A stretch of 64,000 nucleotides of DNA. Origin: Bacteroidia bacterium. GTDB lineage: Bacteria; Bacteroidota; Bacteroidia; CAIKAF01. The notes beneath the pieces are model-generated. The model searched no databases. It was not told where the DNA came from and saw only the letters and a program-made list of their open reading frames with translations. The stretch's first letter is position 1, and each line of letters starts with the position of its first letter. Positions 46,948 to 57,727 of this stretch are shown here, piece by piece. Both the position numbers and the translations under genes were made by a program. The stretch spans positions 4,879 to 68,878 of the forward strand of contig JACVCJ010000019.1 in assembly GCA_016742095.1 (NCBI GenBank), in the 5' to 3' direction.

Positions 46948-47517
46948 ATGCAGAAGAAGCCTTTTCTTACAGACCGTATCCGTTACCGTTACCGCAAGTT
47001 CCTACTGTGGTTCATACCGGTGCGCGTGTACGTGCTGCATACCCCGCTCGATCCGGATGAGATCAGCAAAAGGCTTACCCGCATCATAAAGGTGTACCGA
47101 TGGTATTTTCTGTGGGCCCCCGATGCGGGCGACAAAAAATATTCCGGGCGTTTTGAGCCCAATGCCTTTACGGCCATCAAGACCAATCCCTACGGCGTAA
47201 ACCGCAGCATCAAGATCATCGGGAATTTTTTCATGGTAGACGAAAAGATCTACGTACGCCTTATTCTTTCCAACCCCTTTGGTATACTCAACATTACCCT
47301 GCTGGGTATTGTTTACATACTGCTGCTGCTGTTCCGGGTGGCGCCCTTTCATTCGCTGCTGGCCAATATGGGCCTGTACCTGCTGCCCCTGCTCATGGTC
47401 TATTTTGCAACCAATATTTCCTTCCAGCGTATATATAAGAAGGAGAAAGTGAATTTTTTCAAGCTTTTTAAAGGCCGCCGGCTGAAAGACGATGAAATTA
47501 CCCGGCTTGGAATCTGA
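46948..47517 (+). CDS. Hypothetical membrane protein
   Basis: Abuts the SDR stop and overlaps aroK; two TM segments. Confidence 0.7.
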   Translation: MQKKPFLTDRIRYRYRKFLLWFIPVRVYVLHTPLDPDEISKRLTRIIKVYRWYFLWAPDAGDKKYSGRFEPNAFTAIKTNPYGVNRSIKIIGNFFMVDEKIYVRLILSNPFGILNITLLGIVYILLLLFRVAPFHSLLANMGLYLLPLLMVYFATNISFQRIYKKEKVNFFKLFKGRRLKDDEITRLGI

Positions 47518-48013
47518 ACGCATATGGATCACGGGCATGCCCTTCAGCGGTAAAAGCTCTGCCGCCCGTAAACTGGCTTCGCTGCTGCACTGGCAACGGA
47601 CCGATACCGATGCACAGATCGAAAAGGACAGCGGCATGAGCATTCCTGAAATTTTTGCTTCCCTGGGCGAACTGGAATTCCGCCGTAAAGAAAAGGAACT
47701 GACCGACCTGTTATGTTCTGCGCAACACCGGGTTATTTCCACCGGGGGCGGACTGCCCGTTTTTTACGGGAATATGGACACCATGCTGCAGAACGGTACG
47801 GTAGTATTCCTGAATACATCGGTGGAGATCATTGCACAACGTTCCCTGGAACATAAGGACCGGCCTTTGGTACATGCGGTGGAGGAAACACAGGAAGCCC
47901 GGGTCGATTTTTTCCGCAAGATGCTGTTCGAGCGTCTGCCCTACTACGGGAAAGCGCACCATACCTTCGGCTCCGAAAAAGCCCTGCTGGAATGGGCCCA
48001 GACCCTGCTGTAG
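47492..48013 (+). CDS. aroK: Shikimate kinase
   Basis: GMPFSGKS, DTD, GELEFR, ISTGGG, RPL, RLPYY. Confidence 0.92.
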   Translation: MKLPGLESERIWITGMPFSGKSSAARKLASLLHWQRTDTDAQIEKDSGMSIPEIFASLGELEFRRKEKELTDLLCSAQHRVISTGGGLPVFYGNMDTMLQNGTVVFLNTSVEIIAQRSLEHKDRPLVHAVEETQEARVDFFRKMLFERLPYYGKAHHTFGSEKALLEWAQTLL

Positions 48014-48045
48014 TATTATTGAAGGGAATATCGTAGGTTTGAAAA

Positions 48046-48519
48046 ATGAAAAACATCCTTTTTTTCCTGCTGCTTTTGCTTATGCCAGCCGTATATGCCC
48101 AAAAGGCGGTGCCCGTACTGCAGCTGATCGTGATACAGAACGGAGATACCCTGTCCGGCAGCGGGGATGAGCCTAAGCTGCTTTTTTCAGGAGGCGGGGA
48201 AACGGATGTGTACGAGCGCCATGTATCGTATTTCGAACCGGAAAAAATAAGAGGCAAAAAATACAATATCCTGCGTATTTTAACGGCCACACTGGACCTG
48301 CAAATTTCTACGGCCAGGCCCGACGAATATTTCGATGCTTACTTTCCGCCGATCTACCCGGTGAACAAGCTCATTGTAAAATACTACCCCCGGGCGGACG
48401 AGAAAACCTGGAAGCGCCTGGTAAAAACACAGGCCTGGACGGGCACACAGGACATCGTTGTCTGGTCCACCGCTTTTTCAGATGCCGAAGTGATCAATCT
48501 ACGTACTTCTTCCCGCTGA
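48046..48519 (+). CDS. Hypothetical secreted protein
   Basis: Signal peptide MKNILFFLLL...YAQ. Confidence 0.7.
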   Translation: MKNILFFLLLLLMPAVYAQKAVPVLQLIVIQNGDTLSGSGDEPKLLFSGGGETDVYERHVSYFEPEKIRGKKYNILRILTATLDLQISTARPDEYFDAYFPPIYPVNKLIVKYYPRADEKTWKRLVKTQAWTGTQDIVVWSTAFSDAEVINLRTSSR

Positions 48520-48521
48520 GC

Positions 48522-50387
48522 TCAGGCCAGGGCGGCGATCTCGCTTAATACCTGTACATCTTCAATAGTCCCGGGAATCGTATATGCAGTATGATTCATG
48601 ATGGCCCGCATAATATTGCGTAATATTTTACCGCTGCGGGTCTTGGGCAGTCGTTTTACGAACAGCACTTTTTTCAGGGCGGCCACCGGGCCTATATCCC
48701 GGCGTATGGACTGCAGGATCTCCTGTTCCAGCACAGCAGGATCGGCTTCTATACCGTCCTTCAGTATAACAAAGGCCAGGGGTACCTCACCTTTCAGGTC
48801 GTCGTGCACGCCGATCACCGCACATTCGGCCACGGCGGGATGCGCGGCCACAATTTCCTCCATTTCGGCCGTGGAAAGGCGGTGCCCGGCCACGTTGATG
48901 ATATCGTCTACCCGGCCCGTGATGTAAAAATAGCCTTCTTCATCGGCATAGCCGCCGTCACCGGTAAAGTAATAGCCCGGGAAACGCGTCAGGTAGCCGT
49001 TCACAAAACGGGTATGGTTCTGCCACAGGGTTTGCAGGCAGCCGGGCGGTAGTGGCAGTTTGATGGCCAGGTAACCGGCTTCTCCGGCAACGGCTTCTGT
49101 GCCGTCCTCGCGCAGGATGCGTATATCGTAGCCGCATACCGGACGTGCGGAAGAACCGGGCTTCACGGGCGAAAGTTCCAGTCCGGCCATATTGGCCAGC
49201 ATGGGCCAGCCGCTTTCGGTCTGCCACCAGTGGTCGATCACGGGGCGTTGCAGCAGTTCCTCTGCCCATTGCAGGGTAGCTACGTCGCAACGTTCGCCGG
49301 CCAGGAACAGCAGGCGCAGCGAGGAAACATCGTAACGGCGGAAGAGTTGAGCTTCCGGGTCTTCCTTGCGTATGGCGCGTATGGCCGTGGGTGCGGTAAA
49401 GAACACGTTTACCCGGTGCTGTTCGATCACCCGCCAGAAAGCGCCTGCGTCGGGTGTACGTACGGGTTTGCCTTCATACAGTATGCCGGTGGCGCCCATC
49501 ATCAGCGGACCGTATACAATGTAGGAGTGTCCCACGACCCAGCCTACGTCCGAAGCGGCCCAGAAAACATCGTCGGGGTTCAGTGCATATACGTATTTCA
49601 TGGAATAGTGCAGGGCTACGGCATGTCCGCCGTTATCGCGCACAATGCCCTTGGGCTTGCCCGTGGTGCCGGACGTATACAGTACGTACAGCGGGTCTGA
49701 AGAGGCCACTTCGGTACAGGGGACCGGCTGTGAACGGGCTTCCAGCTCTTCAAAATCGAGAAAGTAGGAGGGCGGTGTTTCCTGCAGCCCGGGCCGGTTG
49801 TAACTGATGATATGCTGCGGTTTGTGTTCCGCTTCATCAACAGCCTTAAAGACCATGGGATGATAAGGAACGATCTTGTCGATCTCTATACCAAAATTAG
49901 CCGTGATGATGAGTTTGGGCCGGGCATCGTCGATGCGTATGGCCAGTTCCCGTGCTGCAAAACCGCCGAAGACCACCGAATGTACGGCTCCGATCCTTGC
50001 GCAGGCCAGCATGGCCACGGCCGTTTGCGGGACCATGGGCATGTAAATAATTACGCGGTCGCCTTTTTCCACACCCAGGGACGTAAGTGCGCCGGCAAAG
50101 CGGGAAACCTTGTCCAGCAGGGCGGCATAACTGTAATGTGTTACCGTGCCGGTCACGGGCGAATCGTAGATCAGGGCGGTCTTTTCGCCCAGTCCGCGCT
50201 CCACGTGGCGGTCCAGGCACTGGTAAGCCGTATTCAGCGTGGCGCCGCGGTACCATTCCCAGCGGTCGCCTTCGCTGCGCAGTATCTCTTCCGGTTCGCG
50301 GTACCAGCTTACGGCCCCGGCCTGTTCTTTCCAGAAATCCTGTGGATCGGCAATACTTTTCGTATAGGTGTCTTTATAGGTGCTCAT
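48522..50387 (-). CDS. prpE: Propionyl-/acetyl-CoA synthetase
   Basis: YTSGTTGKPKG, VGWVVGHSY, DHWWQTE, GHRLST, PKTRSGKILR; start moved to 50387. Confidence 0.88.
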   Translation of the reverse strand: MSTYKDTYTKSIADPQDFWKEQAGAVSWYREPEEILRSEGDRWEWYRGATLNTAYQCLDRHVERGLGEKTALIYDSPVTGTVTHYSYAALLDKVSRFAGALTSLGVEKGDRVIIYMPMVPQTAVAMLACARIGAVHSVVFGGFAARELAIRIDDARPKLIITANFGIEIDKIVPYHPMVFKAVDEAEHKPQHIISYNRPGLQETPPSYFLDFEELEARSQPVPCTEVASSDPLYVLYTSGTTGKPKGIVRDNGGHAVALHYSMKYVYALNPDDVFWAASDVGWVVGHSYIVYGPLMMGATGILYEGKPVRTPDAGAFWRVIEQHRVNVFFTAPTAIRAIRKEDPEAQLFRRYDVSSLRLLFLAGERCDVATLQWAEELLQRPVIDHWWQTESGWPMLANMAGLELSPVKPGSSARPVCGYDIRILREDGTEAVAGEAGYLAIKLPLPPGCLQTLWQNHTRFVNGYLTRFPGYYFTGDGGYADEEGYFYITGRVDDIINVAGHRLSTAEMEEIVAAHPAVAECAVIGVHDDLKGEVPLAFVILKDGIEADPAVLEQEILQSIRRDIGPVAALKKVLFVKRLPKTRSGKILRNIMRAIMNHTAYTIPGTIEDVQVLSEIAALA

Positions 50388-50467
50388 GCGTAGTTCTTCC
50401 GTACCAAGGTAGAGCAATGGCCGCGTAAACAGAAAATAAATCGTGCTAAATTACTATAGCCAGGTTC

Positions 50468-53176
50468 TCAGTTCCCGATGGGGTAGTAGCTGCCCCGCCG
50501 CACATTGGCTTTCAGGTCCTGTAGCAGCCCGGGTTTGGCGCGTATGGTAAACAGTACGCTCGACAGGTTCCCGAAGGGGATCCAGTTCAGGTCCATCTGC
50601 CAGCAGTGCAGGTTACGGCTGATGCCGATGGACGTAGGGGCAAACTTATTGGTCTGGAAATCGAAACCGGTCTGGAAATCTACTTTCCAGTTGGGCGTTA
50701 TCGAGAAGTCGCCGCGCAGGCCCAGGGCATTGGACACGGTAGCCGAGTCGAAGGCATTGCTGATGTTCAGGTTGTAATTGACCGTCAGGTTGTAAGGTAT
50801 CGTAAAATCGAGGTACAGGTGCTGGTTCTGCTGGTAATATTGTATCTCGGCCGGGGTGGTGGTATTGGGGTTGATCACGGGTGATTCCTTGCGTTTACCC
50901 ACCAGGGCGTAGGTTACGCTCACCACGGCGCTGGTAAGACGGCCTATCCGTTTATCGGCCTTGTATTGTAATGTGTTGATGCGGTACTTGTTGCCGTATA
51001 CGTCGCTGGAATAGGCGTAGGGGTCGAGTATGGCGCTGGCTACCACGCCCAGTTTGCCGTCCAGGTACGAGGTGCGAAAACTGAAGGAGAAGGGCTGCAG
51101 GCGCAGACTGTCCGCCAGGAAGTTATAGGCCCCGCCGATGGAAAAGGCCTCGATGATCTTGATCTTCTTTTCACCCGTAAGCGTGTCTTTCGGCGCCCGT
51201 ACCTTGGCTTCCAGGTTGTTGTTTATGGAGAAGGTAACGGAACCCTGCCGTCCCCGCTTGGCCATGCCGTATACGGATTGCAGGTAGGGATCGAAGGTGC
51301 TGAAGGCCCCGTTGGTACCGAAAAATCCGTAGATATTGGTGTTGAAGTCCGGGTTGTATACAAAACCCACGGTAGGGGTGGCCAGGTAACGGATGGCCTT
51401 TATTTTTTCGCTGTTGAACTTAAAGAAGGCAAATACGTTGGTATTTACGTCGGCGCGCAGGTCCCACTCGCCCGAACGGTAAAAGCCGCGGGTGGTGTCA
51501 CGGTCGAACTGCTGGGTCATCTGGTTGAACACCGGGTTGAACTTCATGGAGTTCCAGTATTCGTAGTAGTTAAAGGCCGGCGTTACGCTGATGTACTTGG
51601 CAATTTTAAAGCTGTTGGATACCGAAACCTGGTGCCTGGCGCCCCATTTGAAGGAGTTGCGGAAACCGTTGTTCCATTCCTGGCGCAGCAGCGTGTCCTG
51701 GGTGGCGATACGTGCCCCGATGATACTCTGGTGGTTGATACCGATGCCCTCGTACAGCTGGTTGATCCAGCGGGCCGGTCTCTTGCGCTGCTTGGGTTTA
51801 AAGGGGAAAAAACGGTTGGTATTGAGGGTAACCTGGGGCAGGGTCATGTCGAACACGCGCGACTGGGTATTCTGGGAGTGACTCAGGGCAATGGCCACGT
51901 TGAACGGTGTGCGCGGGATCACGAAGCCGTAATTGATGTTCGACTGGAAACCGCTCTGTACGTAGTTGTTGATGTCGAGCGTAGAGTTTTTGTTGAAGCC
52001 GTTGGTCACAATGTTCACGTCGGCCGAAAAACTCTGTCCCGGTATACTTTTCGGGTCCTGTATGTGTTTCCACTTAAAGCTGAACTCCCTCGAAATAAAG
52101 AAGTTCGCAGTGTCTTTGCGGTCGTTCCCGTTGGCGGCCTCAAAATAGTTGAAGCTCAGCGAGCCGTTCATTTTGTACAGCTGGTTGTAATTGGTGGTGA
52201 TGCCCGCGCCCCAGGAACCGTTCATGTAGATGGTCCCGTAAAATGCCGCGTCTATCTTGGGTGAAATGGCCCAGTAATAACCCAGTTTGTCCAGTCCGAA
52301 GCCGCGCGACTGCAGGTTCACGAACTTGGGCAGGATCAGGCCCGAGGCCCGGTTCTCCTGGTTTGGAAAGAAAGCAAAGGGCAGTATCACAGGCGTGGGC
52401 ACACCTTCCACGCAAAAGACCGACGGACCTGCGATCACCCGCTTTTTCGGGATCACCTTGATCTTGTTCGAGGCAATGTGAAAGTGCGGCTCCGCCAGGT
52501 TACAGGTGGTGATGCGGCCTTTGTAGGTGTAGATCACGTCCACCGTATCGCCCTTGTAGTACTCTTTGGAATATTTAACCCGTTCGCCGTGCAGGAAAGC
52601 GTCGCTCTCCTCGGTGATCACTTCGGTGACCAGCCCTTTTTTGGTATCGAAATTATAGTCGATGGTGCGTGCCGAGAACTGTTTGTCGGCATCGCGGAAA
52701 TCTGCTTTTTTAAGGATGTTGCCCAGGGAATCGAGCTCACTTTCGGCATGCAGGGTCTTGGTCTTCATGTCGATCTCGATGTAATGGGCCTTCAGGTTGA
52801 TGGTACCGTAGGTGACCTCGGCATTCTTGTACAGGTAGATCTTGCGCTGCCGGGCATCCAGGATGATGCTGTCCTCGGCGTTATAATCCACCGGGTTGTC
52901 GAGGAATTTTTTCTGTGGCGGAATAGAAAGGCTGTCCTTCCCGGTCCTGAGGCTGTCGGTCATGGCCAGTGAATCGTTGGCCAGACCGGTGGAATCGGTG
53001 TTCCCGCCCCGGGTAATAACCAGCGGACCTTTGCTTTTGGCCGTGTCGGTTGCGGCAACGGGTTTTCCTCCTCTGCCGCTGACATTCCGTGAGGTTTTAC
53101 ACGAAAATGCCAAAAACAGAGTTATTAATATACAGATATGGAAAACTCGTTTATGTATATAGTATACCTTTCGCAA
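50468..53176 (-). CDS. lptD: Putative LPS assembly protein LptD (start uncertain; TTG at 53176 chosen)
   Basis: OstA-like N-domain (Y.AEDSI, ITTCN...PHF), large beta-barrel, RNLHCW; divergent from an amidase. Confidence 0.85.
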   Translation of the reverse strand: MRKVYYIHKRVFHICILITLFLAFSCKTSRNVSGRGGKPVAATDTAKSKGPLVITRGGNTDSTGLANDSLAMTDSLRTGKDSLSIPPQKKFLDNPVDYNAEDSIILDARQRKIYLYKNAEVTYGTINLKAHYIEIDMKTKTLHAESELDSLGNILKKADFRDADKQFSARTIDYNFDTKKGLVTEVITEESDAFLHGERVKYSKEYYKGDTVDVIYTYKGRITTCNLAEPHFHIASNKIKVIPKKRVIAGPSVFCVEGVPTPVILPFAFFPNQENRASGLILPKFVNLQSRGFGLDKLGYYWAISPKIDAAFYGTIYMNGSWGAGITTNYNQLYKMNGSLSFNYFEAANGNDRKDTANFFISREFSFKWKHIQDPKSIPGQSFSADVNIVTNGFNKNSTLDINNYVQSGFQSNINYGFVIPRTPFNVAIALSHSQNTQSRVFDMTLPQVTLNTNRFFPFKPKQRKRPARWINQLYEGIGINHQSIIGARIATQDTLLRQEWNNGFRNSFKWGARHQVSVSNSFKIAKYISVTPAFNYYEYWNSMKFNPVFNQMTQQFDRDTTRGFYRSGEWDLRADVNTNVFAFFKFNSEKIKAIRYLATPTVGFVYNPDFNTNIYGFFGTNGAFSTFDPYLQSVYGMAKRGRQGSVTFSINNNLEAKVRAPKDTLTGEKKIKIIEAFSIGGAYNFLADSLRLQPFSFSFRTSYLDGKLGVVASAILDPYAYSSDVYGNKYRINTLQYKADKRIGRLTSAVVSVTYALVGKRKESPVINPNTTTPAEIQYYQQNQHLYLDFTIPYNLTVNYNLNISNAFDSATVSNALGLRGDFSITPNWKVDFQTGFDFQTNKFAPTSIGISRNLHCWQMDLNWIPFGNLSSVLFTIRAKPGLLQDLKANVRRGSYYPIGN

Positions 53177-53235
53177 ATTGCGGGTTATTTTGTATTCTGA
53201 ATTTTCGCCAAAACTAAACAAAAACGTCCGGGTGT

Positions 53236-54414
53236 ATGAAAAATAGGAGAAAGATTGCCGTATCGGCTGCCGTTATTTTTTTGTTAAGTGCCTGCGGACT
53301 GATCATTTCGGTGTTTTCTGCCGGAAAGAACGGAGTTCAGGAAGAAATATTGCCGAACGACGATAAAGTGAACGTGGTATGTATCGATCCGGGCCACGGT
53401 GGGCACGATCCGGGCTGTCACGGCGCTTCGGTGCATGAAAAGAACATTGCCCTGGCCATTGCGCTGAAACTGGGCGCACAGATCGAAAAACAGTACCCCG
53501 ATGTAAAAGTGATCTATACCCGTAAAACGGACGTGTTCGTAGAACTGCACAAACGTGCCGAGATCGCCAATAAGGCCGGCGCCGACCTGTTCATTTGCAT
53601 ACACTGCAATGCGGGCCCGTCCGAAGCCAGCGGCAGCGAGACCTACGCGCTCGGGCTGCACAAGACCGAGGCCAACCTGGCCGTGGCCAAACGCGAGAAC
53701 GACGTGGTGATGATGGAAGGCGACTACCAGAAGAATTACGAAGGCTTCGACGTAAACTCACCCGAAGGTTCCATTATTTTTTCGCTCTACCAGAACGCCT
53801 ACCTGAACCGCAGTCTTTCCTTCGCGGCCAAATGCCAGAAATATTTCAAGCAGGATGCCCAGCGTAACGACCGCGGCGTAAAACAGGCCGGGTTCCTGGT
53901 GCTGTGGAAATCGGCCATGCCTGCCGTACTCATCGAAACCGGTTTCCTCACCAATGTAAAAGAAGAAAAATACCTGATGGAGAGCGCCAACCAGGACGTA
54001 ATGGCTACCAGTATCTTCAAGGCGTTCTCTGAATACAAGGCCGAGATCGAAGGCAGTGTGGTCACCGTAAAACCGCCGGTAAACAACGATAAACCCAAAG
54101 AGAACGACAATAAAGGACAGAAAACCGAGGTAAAACCCTCCGCAGAGAACGAGGTTACGTACCGCGTTCAGTTCATGTCCATTCCGGAAAAACTGCCTTC
54201 TACCGACAGCCGCATCCGCAACCTGGAAGACGTGGTCATGTACCGCAACGGAAACCTGTACAGCTATACCTCGGGTCGTTTCGAAAATATGGAAAAGGCC
54301 ACTCAGCACCAGGTAGTTGTGCGCAAAAGCGGCTACAAGGACGCCTTTGTGGTGGTGTTTAAGGGCGAAACGCGCATTACCCTGCGGGAAGCTCAGGCCA
54401 TGTCGGCAAATTAA
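53236..54414 (+). CDS. N-acetylmuramoyl-L-alanine amidase (Amidase_3) with SPOR-like tail
   Basis: IDPGHGGHDPG, EK, IHCNA, MPAVLIETGF. Confidence 0.94.
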   Translation: MKNRRKIAVSAAVIFLLSACGLIISVFSAGKNGVQEEILPNDDKVNVVCIDPGHGGHDPGCHGASVHEKNIALAIALKLGAQIEKQYPDVKVIYTRKTDVFVELHKRAEIANKAGADLFICIHCNAGPSEASGSETYALGLHKTEANLAVAKRENDVVMMEGDYQKNYEGFDVNSPEGSIIFSLYQNAYLNRSLSFAAKCQKYFKQDAQRNDRGVKQAGFLVLWKSAMPAVLIETGFLTNVKEEKYLMESANQDVMATSIFKAFSEYKAEIEGSVVTVKPPVNNDKPKENDNKGQKTEVKPSAENEVTYRVQFMSIPEKLPSTDSRIRNLEDVVMYRNGNLYSYTSGRFENMEKATQHQVVVRKSGYKDAFVVVFKGETRITLREAQAMSAN

Positions 54415-54477
54415 CCCGTTCTATTTGCGTTTTAGCCCGGAATCTCCTATAATTGTGCTACCAATAAACATTACGCC

Positions 54478-55512
54478 TTGAAAATTTCAAAAGAGTTTAA
54501 GATCGGACTGGTTGTAATTATAGCCCTGGCCACTACTTTCTGGGGATTTAATCTGCTTAAGGGACGAAATATTTTCAAAAAAACCATGAAATTATATGCC
54601 GTTTACCAGAACGTGAACGGACTTACACCGTCCTGCCCCGTAAAGGTGAACGGTTACAAGATCGGTATGGTGGAAGAAGTGGGCTTTTTGCCCGGCGATC
54701 CCGACGGACGCCTGCTGGTGACCATGCGTATCGACGAAAAGGATTTCATCATCACCAAAGGTACCCTGGCCCGTATCGGGGGCGATCTGCTGGGCAGCAA
54801 GGAAGTGACCCTGGAGCCTTCCGAATCGCGTATACCCGTTATCTCCGGCGATACCCTGTATTCCGGCATCGAAATAGGCCTGGAACAGCAGGTGAACGAG
54901 ATCATTGCACCGCTTAAAGTGAAGGTGGAGAACCTGATCTCTTCCGTGGATACCATCGTGGTTTCGTTTAAAGAGATCTTCGACGACGACGGTATGCGCA
55001 ACGTGAAGACCGGTCTGAACTCCCTGCGCGCTACCATTCAGGGCGTGGAAACGGCCATCGGTCAGGTGAACGGACTGCTTTCGAGCGAATCGCCCAAAAT
55101 TGCCAATATCATCACCAATGTGGAAAGCATTTCGGGTACCATCAAGAACAATAATGCCGAGATCAAGAATATCATCGAGAACCTTTCCAGCTTCTCCGAC
55201 AGCCTTAAAATGGTGGAGATCAGGAAAACGGTGAACCAGATCGACCGTACCGTGGCCGAACTCGACTCCGTGGTGGCCAAGATCAACCGGGGCGAAGGTA
55301 CGGTGGGTGAACTCATCAATAACCGCGGCCTGTACAACAAGCTCGACAGCGCGGCCAACAACCTGAACGTGCTCATCGAGGACATCAAGGAAAATCCCGG
55401 CGATTATGTGCACATCAACCTGATAAAGATCGGCGACGGCAAGAAAAAAGAAGAGAAGCAGAAGAAGAAAGAGGCTGCCCGCATCGAGGCCGAGCGCAAG
55501 AAAAAGGAATAG
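54478..55512 (+). CDS. MlaD/MCE family protein
   Basis: N-terminal TM; VNGL...PVKVNGYKIG.V, helical extension, GEGTVG. Confidence 0.9.
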   Translation: MKISKEFKIGLVVIIALATTFWGFNLLKGRNIFKKTMKLYAVYQNVNGLTPSCPVKVNGYKIGMVEEVGFLPGDPDGRLLVTMRIDEKDFIITKGTLARIGGDLLGSKEVTLEPSESRIPVISGDTLYSGIEIGLEQQVNEIIAPLKVKVENLISSVDTIVVSFKEIFDDDGMRNVKTGLNSLRATIQGVETAIGQVNGLLSSESPKIANIITNVESISGTIKNNNAEIKNIIENLSSFSDSLKMVEIRKTVNQIDRTVAELDSVVAKINRGEGTVGELINNRGLYNKLDSAANNLNVLIEDIKENPGDYVHINLIKIGDGKKKEEKQKKKEAARIEAERKKKE

Positions 55513-55550
55513 CATTTATCACGGAAGAACATTAAAAAAAGAGCGGAATC

Positions 55551-56882
55551 ATGGACGCATTGAAATATTTACCACAGATACTCTTCAGCGTATTGTTCCT
55601 GGCCGGCATCGGTTTATTCGGCAGGAACGTACTGAAAGTGGTACGTAACATACGTTTGGGCAAGACCGAAAACCGGAACGACAATAAGGGCGAACGCATA
55701 AAGACCATGGTACTGGTGGCCCTGGGACAGTCTAAAATGGTAACCCGGCCCCTCGCTGCCGTGATGCACATTTTTGTGTACGTAGGTTTCATCATCATTA
55801 ACCTGGAAATGCTCGAGATCGTGATCGACGGCGTTTTCGGCACACACCGCATCTTTGCCTTCATGGGCGGTTTTTACAGTTTCCTGATCGCCACCTTCGA
55901 GGTACTGGCCTTCCTGGTGATCCTGGGTTGTGCGGTCTTCCTGGCCCGTCGTAATTCGGGTGCGGTAAAACGTCTGCTGTCTACCGGAGACCTGAAAGGC
56001 TGGCCCTCCCGCGATGCCAATATGATCCTCGTGACCGAGATACTGCTCATGTGCGCCTTCCTGAGCATGAACGCCGCCGATGCCCTGCTGCAGCAGCGTG
56101 GCGAAGCACACTATATCACGGCCGGAAGTTTCCCGGTATCCCAGCTGATCCAGCCGCTGTTCAGTGGTCTGGGCAACGATGTACTCATTGGCATCGAACG
56201 TTTCGGCTGGTGGTTTCACATACTGGGTATCCTGTGTTTCATGAACTACCTGCCGTATTCCAAGCACTGGCACATCATCATGGCCTTCCCGAATACCTAT
56301 TTCAGCAAACTGACGCCCAAAGGCGAGTTCACGAACCTGGAAAGCGTGACCAAAGAGGTAAAACTGATGCTCGATCCCTCGGCCGATCCTTTTGCGGCCG
56401 CCGATCCGGATGCGCCCCTGCCGTCCTTCGGCGCCAAAGACGTGACCGATCTCACCTGGAAACAGCTGATGGACGCATACACCTGCACGGAGTGCGGCCG
56501 CTGTACCAGCGAATGCCCGGCCAATAACACGGGTAAACTGCTGTCGCCGCGTAAGATCATGATGGACACCCGCGACCGTCTTACCGAAGTGGGCAACAAC
56601 ATCGACAAACACGGTAAAGACCACAAGGACGGCAAAACCCTGGTGAACGATTACATTACGCCGGAGGAACTCTGGGCCTGCACTACCTGCAACGCCTGCG
56701 CACAGGCCTGCCCGGTGAACATCGACCCGGTTTCGATCATCATTGACCTGCGCCGCAGCCTGGTGATGGAAGAAAGCGCCGCCCCGGGCTCACTCAATGC
56801 CATGTTCTCCAATATTGAGAACAATGCCGCGCCCTGGCAGTTCTCACAGGCCGACCGTTTAAACTGGGCACAGGAAAATTAA
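55551..56882 (+). CDS. Membrane Fe-S oxidoreductase (2x[4Fe-4S])
   Basis: TM domain; CTECGRCTSECP and CTTCNACAQACP. Confidence 0.9.
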   Translation: MDALKYLPQILFSVLFLAGIGLFGRNVLKVVRNIRLGKTENRNDNKGERIKTMVLVALGQSKMVTRPLAAVMHIFVYVGFIIINLEMLEIVIDGVFGTHRIFAFMGGFYSFLIATFEVLAFLVILGCAVFLARRNSGAVKRLLSTGDLKGWPSRDANMILVTEILLMCAFLSMNAADALLQQRGEAHYITAGSFPVSQLIQPLFSGLGNDVLIGIERFGWWFHILGILCFMNYLPYSKHWHIIMAFPNTYFSKLTPKGEFTNLESVTKEVKLMLDPSADPFAAADPDAPLPSFGAKDVTDLTWKQLMDAYTCTECGRCTSECPANNTGKLLSPRKIMMDTRDRLTEVGNNIDKHGKDHKDGKTLVNDYITPEELWACTTCNACAQACPVNIDPVSIIIDLRRSLVMEESAAPGSLNAMFSNIENNAAPWQFSQADRLNWAQEN

Positions 56883-56936
56883 GACGAATCAAGAACAAGA
56901 CTTCATACAGGTTGTAAAAGCATAATACGTTAGGGT

Positions 56937-57725
56937 ATGAGCGAATTGAATGTACGAACAATGGCCGAAATGGCCGCTTCCGGCGAAAATCCCGAGATCC
57001 TCTTCTGGGTGGGCTGCGCCGGTAGTTTTGACGATAAAGCCAAGAAGGTGACCAAAGCCTTCGTAAAAATACTGAACAGCGCCGGTATCTCTTTTGCCGT
57101 ACTCGGCACTGAAGAAGGCTGCACGGGCGATCCCGCCAAACGTTCGGGCAACGAGTTCCTGTTCCAGATGCAGGCCATGCAGAACATACAGGTAATGAAT
57201 GCCTATGGCGTTAAAAAAGTGGTGGCCGCCTGTCCGCACTGCTTCAACACACTCAAGAACGAATATCCCGAACTGGGAGGCGAATACGAAGTGCTGCACC
57301 ACACACAGTTCCTGCAGAAACTGATCGACGAAGGCCGCCTGAAGATACAGGGCGGCGCCTACCAGGGAAAACGCATTACCTACCACGATGCCTGTTACCT
57401 GGGCCGCGGAAACGACGAATACGAAGCCCCGCGCAGCCTGATCGAAAAACTGGATGCCGCCCTGGTGGAAATGCCCCGCAACCGTAAACGCGGTTTTTGC
57501 TGCGGAGCCGGCGGCGGACAGATGTTCAAAGAGGCCGAACCCGGTAATAAAGAAGTGAACGTGGAACGCGCCGAAGAGGCCATTGCCCAGGATCCGGCCG
57601 TAATTGCCGTGGGCTGCCCCTTCTGTAAGACCATGATGGCCGACGGCGTGAAACACTTCGAAAAAGAAGACGAGATCAAAGTAATGGACCTGGCCGAACT
57701 GATTGCCTCGGCGCAGGATTTGTAA
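56937..57725 (+). CDS. CCG-domain Fe-S binding protein
   Basis: WVGC, CTG, CPHC, YHDAC, CCGAGGG, CPFC. Confidence 0.9.
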   Translation: MSELNVRTMAEMAASGENPEILFWVGCAGSFDDKAKKVTKAFVKILNSAGISFAVLGTEEGCTGDPAKRSGNEFLFQMQAMQNIQVMNAYGVKKVVAACPHCFNTLKNEYPELGGEYEVLHHTQFLQKLIDEGRLKIQGGAYQGKRITYHDACYLGRGNDEYEAPRSLIEKLDAALVEMPRNRKRGFCCGAGGGQMFKEAEPGNKEVNVERAEEAIAQDPAVIAVGCPFCKTMMADGVKHFEKEDEIKVMDLAELIASAQDL

Positions 57726-57727
57726 AC

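Noticed and set aside
46945-46950. In-frame TAA-ATG junction suggesting read-through fusion of SDR and membrane protein
   Set aside because: The SDR is complete and TAA is a strong stop; ordinary tight operon spacing explains it
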